DNA from: Escherichia coli
GTDB taxonomy: Bacteria; Pseudomonadota; Gammaproteobacteria; Enterobacterales; Enterobacteriaceae
Reading direction: 5' to 3' (one strand)
Assembly (NCBI RefSeq): GCF_002854065.1
Contig: NZ_CP024147.1
DNA: 64,000 nucleotides
Below are positions 59,952 through 64,000 of the stretch, one piece after another. The notes below the pieces were generated by a model. The model had not been told where the DNA came from and searched no databases. It worked only from the letters and a program-made list of their open reading frames with translations. The first letter of the stretch is position 1. Each line of letters begins with the position of its first letter. The position numbers were made by a program, and so were the translations under genes.

Positions 59952-62114
59952 TTATTTCGAATCCGACTGATACTCGTACTCGTAGTACCCGTAATCCTGG
60001 TATCCCGTCGCGCGGCGGAAGATCGAGTTGAGGATAACCCCTTTCACCGCAATGCCATTCTGCTCAAAGCGGCTCAGGCTGGTTTCTACTTCCTTCAGGG
60101 TGTTAACCGCATAGCGCGTGACCATCAAGGTGGTGCCCGCGTGGCGACCAACGATAGCGGCATCGGTAACCGCGAGAATCGGCGGCGTATCGATCAGCAC
60201 CAGGTCATAGTTCGCTGAACCCCACTTCAGCAGCTCGCTAAAGCGCTCGGCCATCAACAGCTCCGACGGATTTGGCGGGATCTGCCCGCGCGGGATCAGG
60301 TCAAAGTTGGCAACCGACGTCCGTTTCGCGCTGCTTTCAAACGCCGCTTTCCCCACCAGCACCTCGGACAGGCCGTTATCATTGGTGGTGCCGAGCAGTT
60401 CGTGGGAATAGCCTTTACGCATATCGCAGTCGATCATCAGTACGCGCTTATGGGTCTGGCTGATCACCGCCGCCAGGTTGGCGCAGACGAAGGTTTTACC
60501 GATAGACGGGCTGACCCCGGTCATCATCAGCACGTTGTTCGGCGCCTGCATCATGGCGAAGTGCAGGCTGGTGCGCAGGCTGCGAATGGCTTCGATCGCC
60601 AGGTCGGTCGGGTTACCCACCGCCAGTAGCTGGCTCTGCTTATAGCGCTTCACACCGTTGACGCTCTTCACGCTATCGCGCGATTTTTGCCACTCGGAGA
60701 GCGGAATGCTGGCATAAACATTGATGCCATGCTCTTCGAGCACCTGTGGGCTTTCGATACCGCGGTTAAACAGCGAGCGCAGCAGCACGCCGACGATCGA
60801 CAACATCAGGCCGAGAATAATGCTGCCCAGCACGATCAACGCTTTCTTCGGCTTCACCACCCCCGGCTGAGTAATTGCCGGGTCGACAATCCGCACATCG
60901 CCGACGGTACTCGCCCGGGTGATTTTCAGCTCCTGCTGTTTATTCAGCAGTTGCATATAAACCTGTTGACCAGACTCCACGTCACGGGTCAGGCGTACAA
61001 TCTCCTGCTGGGTTTTCGGCATCGCCGTCACGCGTTTGCTCAGCTTGGCCTTCTCTTCTTCCAGCGCCCGGCGTTTTTCCAGCAACGTGCGATAGGCCGG
61101 GTGGATGCGGGTATACAGCTTGGAGATTTCCGCTTCGCGGAACGTCAGCTCGTTCAGCTGCGCGTCGATGTTCACCATCGAATCGAGCACCGATTTCGCT
61201 TCCAGCGGCAGGTCTACGGAGTCTTGCTGCTGACGGTAGGTATTCAGTTTGTTTTCCGCCACGTCCAACTGGCTGCGCACCTGTGGCAGCTGCACTTCGA
61301 GGAACTCGAGGCTTTTCGCGGCTTCTTCCGATTTGCGCGCCACGTTCTGCGCCACGTAGTTGTTGGCGATACTGTTGAGGATGTCGCGGATCTGATCTTT
61401 GTCTTCACCCACCATCGTGAGCGTCAGCACACCGGACTCTTTACCATCCTCGGTGACGCTCAGGCTATTTTGCAGGTTATTGATCATCCCCAATGTTGAA
61501 TATTTGGTGACGGTAAAACTCGCGCCATCGTGGGCGGCGATCCCGGTAACCAGCAGCGAAACGCCGCCTTTATTCAGCGTCTCCCCGACCTTCCCTTCTG
61601 CGCTAAAACCGTCGTCGTTGCTCAGGCGATAGCGCGTTGGGTTGATAACCTCCAGCGTAAAGGTGCTGTCGGCCATCGAGGCCGGGCGATTAAAGGCGCT
61701 GACCTTCACCGTCTCATTCTGGCGGCCCATCAGCCGTTCCCAGCCCGCCCCCAGAATCGGAAAGGTGTTTTTGCTCACGGCAATATCCAGCCCCAGATCC
61801 TCAACGGTTTTCCCGAGCACCATACGCGAGGTGATCATCTGGATTTCCGCCTCGGAGGCCGGCGGCTTGCTGGTGAGCGCGTTGCTGATATCCTGCACCA
61901 GCGCGCTGCCCTGATTTTGCTCAATGCGCACCAGTGCGTCGGCGCTGTAAATCGGCGTGGCGAACAGCGCGTAGACAATCGCCAGCGCGGCAAACAGGGC
62001 GGTAATGCCGATGACCCACCATTTGGCTTCCACCACGGTGCCCACAAGGCGACCAATGTCGATCTCATCGTTGCCCGAGACCGATGGGCTTATCTGTTTT
62101 ACTTTATCTGTCAT
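59952..62114 (-). CDS. wzc: Tyrosine autokinase / polysaccharide co-polymerase Wzc
   Basis: Start at MTDKVKQ; Walker A SPSIGKT; C-terminal tyrosine-rich tail YGYYEYEY. Confidence 0.95.
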   Translation of the reverse strand: MTDKVKQISPSVSGNDEIDIGRLVGTVVEAKWWVIGITALFAALAIVYALFATPIYSADALVRIEQNQGSALVQDISNALTSKPPASEAEIQMITSRMVLGKTVEDLGLDIAVSKNTFPILGAGWERLMGRQNETVKVSAFNRPASMADSTFTLEVINPTRYRLSNDDGFSAEGKVGETLNKGGVSLLVTGIAAHDGASFTVTKYSTLGMINNLQNSLSVTEDGKESGVLTLTMVGEDKDQIRDILNSIANNYVAQNVARKSEEAAKSLEFLEVQLPQVRSQLDVAENKLNTYRQQQDSVDLPLEAKSVLDSMVNIDAQLNELTFREAEISKLYTRIHPAYRTLLEKRRALEEEKAKLSKRVTAMPKTQQEIVRLTRDVESGQQVYMQLLNKQQELKITRASTVGDVRIVDPAITQPGVVKPKKALIVLGSIILGLMLSIVGVLLRSLFNRGIESPQVLEEHGINVYASIPLSEWQKSRDSVKSVNGVKRYKQSQLLAVGNPTDLAIEAIRSLRTSLHFAMMQAPNNVLMMTGVSPSIGKTFVCANLAAVISQTHKRVLMIDCDMRKGYSHELLGTTNDNGLSEVLVGKAAFESSAKRTSVANFDLIPRGQIPPNPSELLMAERFSELLKWGSANYDLVLIDTPPILAVTDAAIVGRHAGTTLMVTRYAVNTLKEVETSLSRFEQNGIAVKGVILNSIFRRATGYQDYGYYEYEYQSDSK

Positions 62115-62116
62115 GG

Positions 62117-62560
62117 TTATCCCTGCTGTGCTTTCAGTGCCTGCGCCCACTGGCTGGCAGACCTGTCGAGTAACTGGTACACCGCTTCAAATGCCTCCCG
62201 GCTTTTGCGATACGGATCGGGAATCTCGCGTTCGTTATCCCAATGACCAAACAGCATGACCTTGCCGCGCATCTCCGGCGCCATTTCATGCAGGGTGGCG
62301 ACATGACGTTTTTCCATCGCCAGAATCAGATCGTACTCACGACACATACGGCCAGAGATCTGTCGCGCGCAGTGCCCTTCCAGCGAAATCGCGTGCTCGG
62401 CGGCAACGCTCGCGGCGCGTTCATCCGCCGCTTTACCCACTAATGCTCCCAGCCCCGCCGATTCGACGGTCAATGACGGCAGATGGCTGCGTAGCAGCCG
62501 TTCCGCCGTGGGGGAACGACAGATGTTCCCCACGCAAACCACAAGAATTTTGCTAAACAT
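62117..62560 (-). CDS. wzb: Low-molecular-weight protein-tyrosine phosphatase Wzb
   Basis: 147 aa with CVGNICRSP P-loop. Confidence 0.95.
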   Translation of the reverse strand: MFSKILVVCVGNICRSPTAERLLRSHLPSLTVESAGLGALVGKAADERAASVAAEHAISLEGHCARQISGRMCREYDLILAMEKRHVATLHEMAPEMRGKVMLFGHWDNEREIPDPYRKSREAFEAVYQLLDRSASQWAQALKAQQG

Positions 62561-62565
62561 GACGG

Positions 62566-63699
62566 TTACCAGGTATGAATGTCTTTCGCCGAATCGGTCA
62601 TGTAGCGAACGCCACTGATGGTCGGCAACAGTTGGTTGATCAGACGGTTCCAGCGAGCAACCGGTGCGGTGGTGACGTAAACCACGTCATACGGCTGGAG
62701 AATAAAGTTGGTTGCCATGACCAGTGAGGTCGCATCAGACATATCCAACTGATAGATGTTGGCCATCTTGCCGTTGTTGCCCGCTTTGGTTGGACGAATC
62801 ACGAAGATACCGCTGGCATTGGAGGTCGTCAGGTCGATGCCTTCCGCCTGGCCGAGCGCTTCGGTCAGCGTCATGCCGCTGAAGTCCATTTTGAGCGTGC
62901 TCTGTTTTTTCACTTCGCCCATCACGAAGACCTTGAGATCATCGTTACGCGGTACGAAGAGGATATCACCCGGATAGAGCAAGCGGTTCTGGCTCAGATC
63001 GCCGTTTTGCATCAACGCCTGCACTGAAATGCGCTGTTCTTTGCCATCGTGAGTCAGTACCACGTTGCGCCAGTCGGCCAGTTCGCTCAGACCACCCGCC
63101 GCGTTGATCGCGTCCAGTACCGTCAGCGGTACGTTGGTGATAGCCTGCTGGCCGGATTTGTTCACCTGCCCGGAGACATACACTTTTTGCGAACGGAAGG
63201 CGGCAACGTTCACGTCAACCTGCGGGTCGGTGATGTAGGCGGCGAGACGCTGGGTAATGGTCTGGCGAATTTCCGCCAGCGTGCGCCCTTTCACCTGCAC
63301 TTTGCCAATATAGGGATAGAAAATGGTGCCGTCCGGCTGGACCCAGTTACCGGTATCGCTGGAGCTACGGTACTGCCCCGCCGGGGTGGTCAACTCCGGG
63401 TGATCCCACACCGTGACGTTCAGCACGTCGCCTGAACCGACGCGATACTGGTAATTGCTTAACTCCTGATCCAGCGACATGTTCGGTTGCGCGACGTTGG
63501 GACGTGGGCGTAATTGTTCAATCAGTCGCGGGGTCAGCGGATAAACATTCACCATCCGGCCAATGTCATAATCAGCATCCTGCTGCTTAATCACATCTTT
63601 TCCATAGGTAGACATATTGCTGCCTGGAAGTATGGTGCAACCACTCATCAAGCTTACCGACACCAATAATGGCATCAATTTTAGTTTGGATTTCATCAT
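62566..63699 (-). CDS. wza: Outer-membrane polysaccharide export lipoprotein Wza
   Basis: 377 aa with lipobox LMSGC; colinear with E. coli Wza. Confidence 0.95.
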   Translation of the reverse strand: MMKSKLKLMPLLVSVSLMSGCTILPGSNMSTYGKDVIKQQDADYDIGRMVNVYPLTPRLIEQLRPRPNVAQPNMSLDQELSNYQYRVGSGDVLNVTVWDHPELTTPAGQYRSSSDTGNWVQPDGTIFYPYIGKVQVKGRTLAEIRQTITQRLAAYITDPQVDVNVAAFRSQKVYVSGQVNKSGQQAITNVPLTVLDAINAAGGLSELADWRNVVLTHDGKEQRISVQALMQNGDLSQNRLLYPGDILFVPRNDDLKVFVMGEVKKQSTLKMDFSGMTLTEALGQAEGIDLTTSNASGIFVIRPTKAGNNGKMANIYQLDMSDATSLVMATNFILQPYDVVYVTTAPVARWNRLINQLLPTISGVRYMTDSAKDIHTW

Positions 63700-63885
63700 T
63701 GATTATTTATCACTTTGGCAGAAAATTATCCTGTGCGAATTATATTAATCCGTACGATTTGATTACCTGTAAACTCACCATGCATTTATTTGCCGATGAA
63801 TATAACTGGCATATATCCTAAAAAAGTTGGGATTCATCCGCAGGCTATTGACAGAATAATTCAGGCTTTACGTCACGCCTTCAGG

Positions 63886-63921
63886 CATGCTACTGCCCTT
63901 GGCTTTCAGCTACCAATTCAC
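63886..63921 (-). promoter_or_regulatory. Degenerate JUMPstart-like element upstream of wza (ops-like GGCAGTAGCAT)
   Basis: Minus-strand GTGAATTGGTAGCTGAAAGCCAAGGGCAGTAGCATG resembles the JUMPstart consensus with several mismatches, including two in ops. Confidence 0.4.
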
Positions 63922-63968
63922 CTAAAAATCATGTTGTTATAGGAAACCCACCCATTCATAAAAAGAAT

Positions 63969-63982
63969 AGAGAATATTCCTG
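63969..63982 (-). promoter_or_regulatory. Candidate RcsAB box in the cps promoter region
   Basis: AGAGAATATTCCTG partially matches the recalled RcsAB-box consensus TaAGaatatTCctA; ~270 bp upstream of wza. Confidence 0.3.
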
Positions 63983-64000
63983 GATATATAATTGCAGGGA

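Overview
Enterobacterial chromosomal segment with E. coli-like gene order; genus not assigned (proteins roughly 90% identical to E. coli K-12 as judged from recalled sequences, and the core DNA looks GC-rich by eye). Left to right: (1) 1-6600: integrase-associated prophage remnant carrying a Rad52-like annealase + SSB module, Ea22-like and DUF551 genes, a zinc-ribbon gene, an AlpA-type regulator and a tyrosine integrase, with a partial IS1 at the window edge and a complete IS1 at 3932-4699. (2) Core genes sbcB, yeeD, yeeE, plaP, yeeZ; yeeE is split at codon 17 by a second complete IS1 (9506-10273) with a perfect 9-bp target duplication. (3) Complete his operon hisLGDCBHAFI with the 7-His leader peptide and attenuator. 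(4) ugd and gnd. (5) A ~16 kb strongly AT-rich minus-strand O-antigen locus (23418-39621) of the ABC-transporter (wzm/wzt) type, with predicted dTDP-D-fucofuranose and GDP-6-deoxyheptose pathways, four glycosyltransferases (one a GT2-FkbM methyltransferase fusion) and a JUMPstart/ops element upstream. (6) galF and a complete colanic acid cluster wcaM...wza (41070-63699), with two inverted copies of a GGGGAGAGGG-type intergenic repeat. No tRNA, rRNA or CRISPR array was seen, and I found no recognisable defence-system signature. The best candidates for something not yet described are the O-antigen chain-termination/export module (GT2-linker-FkbM protein plus extended Wzt) and the uncharacterised prophage cargo genes. 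All calls are from reading the sequence and recalled family knowledge; no database search was run.
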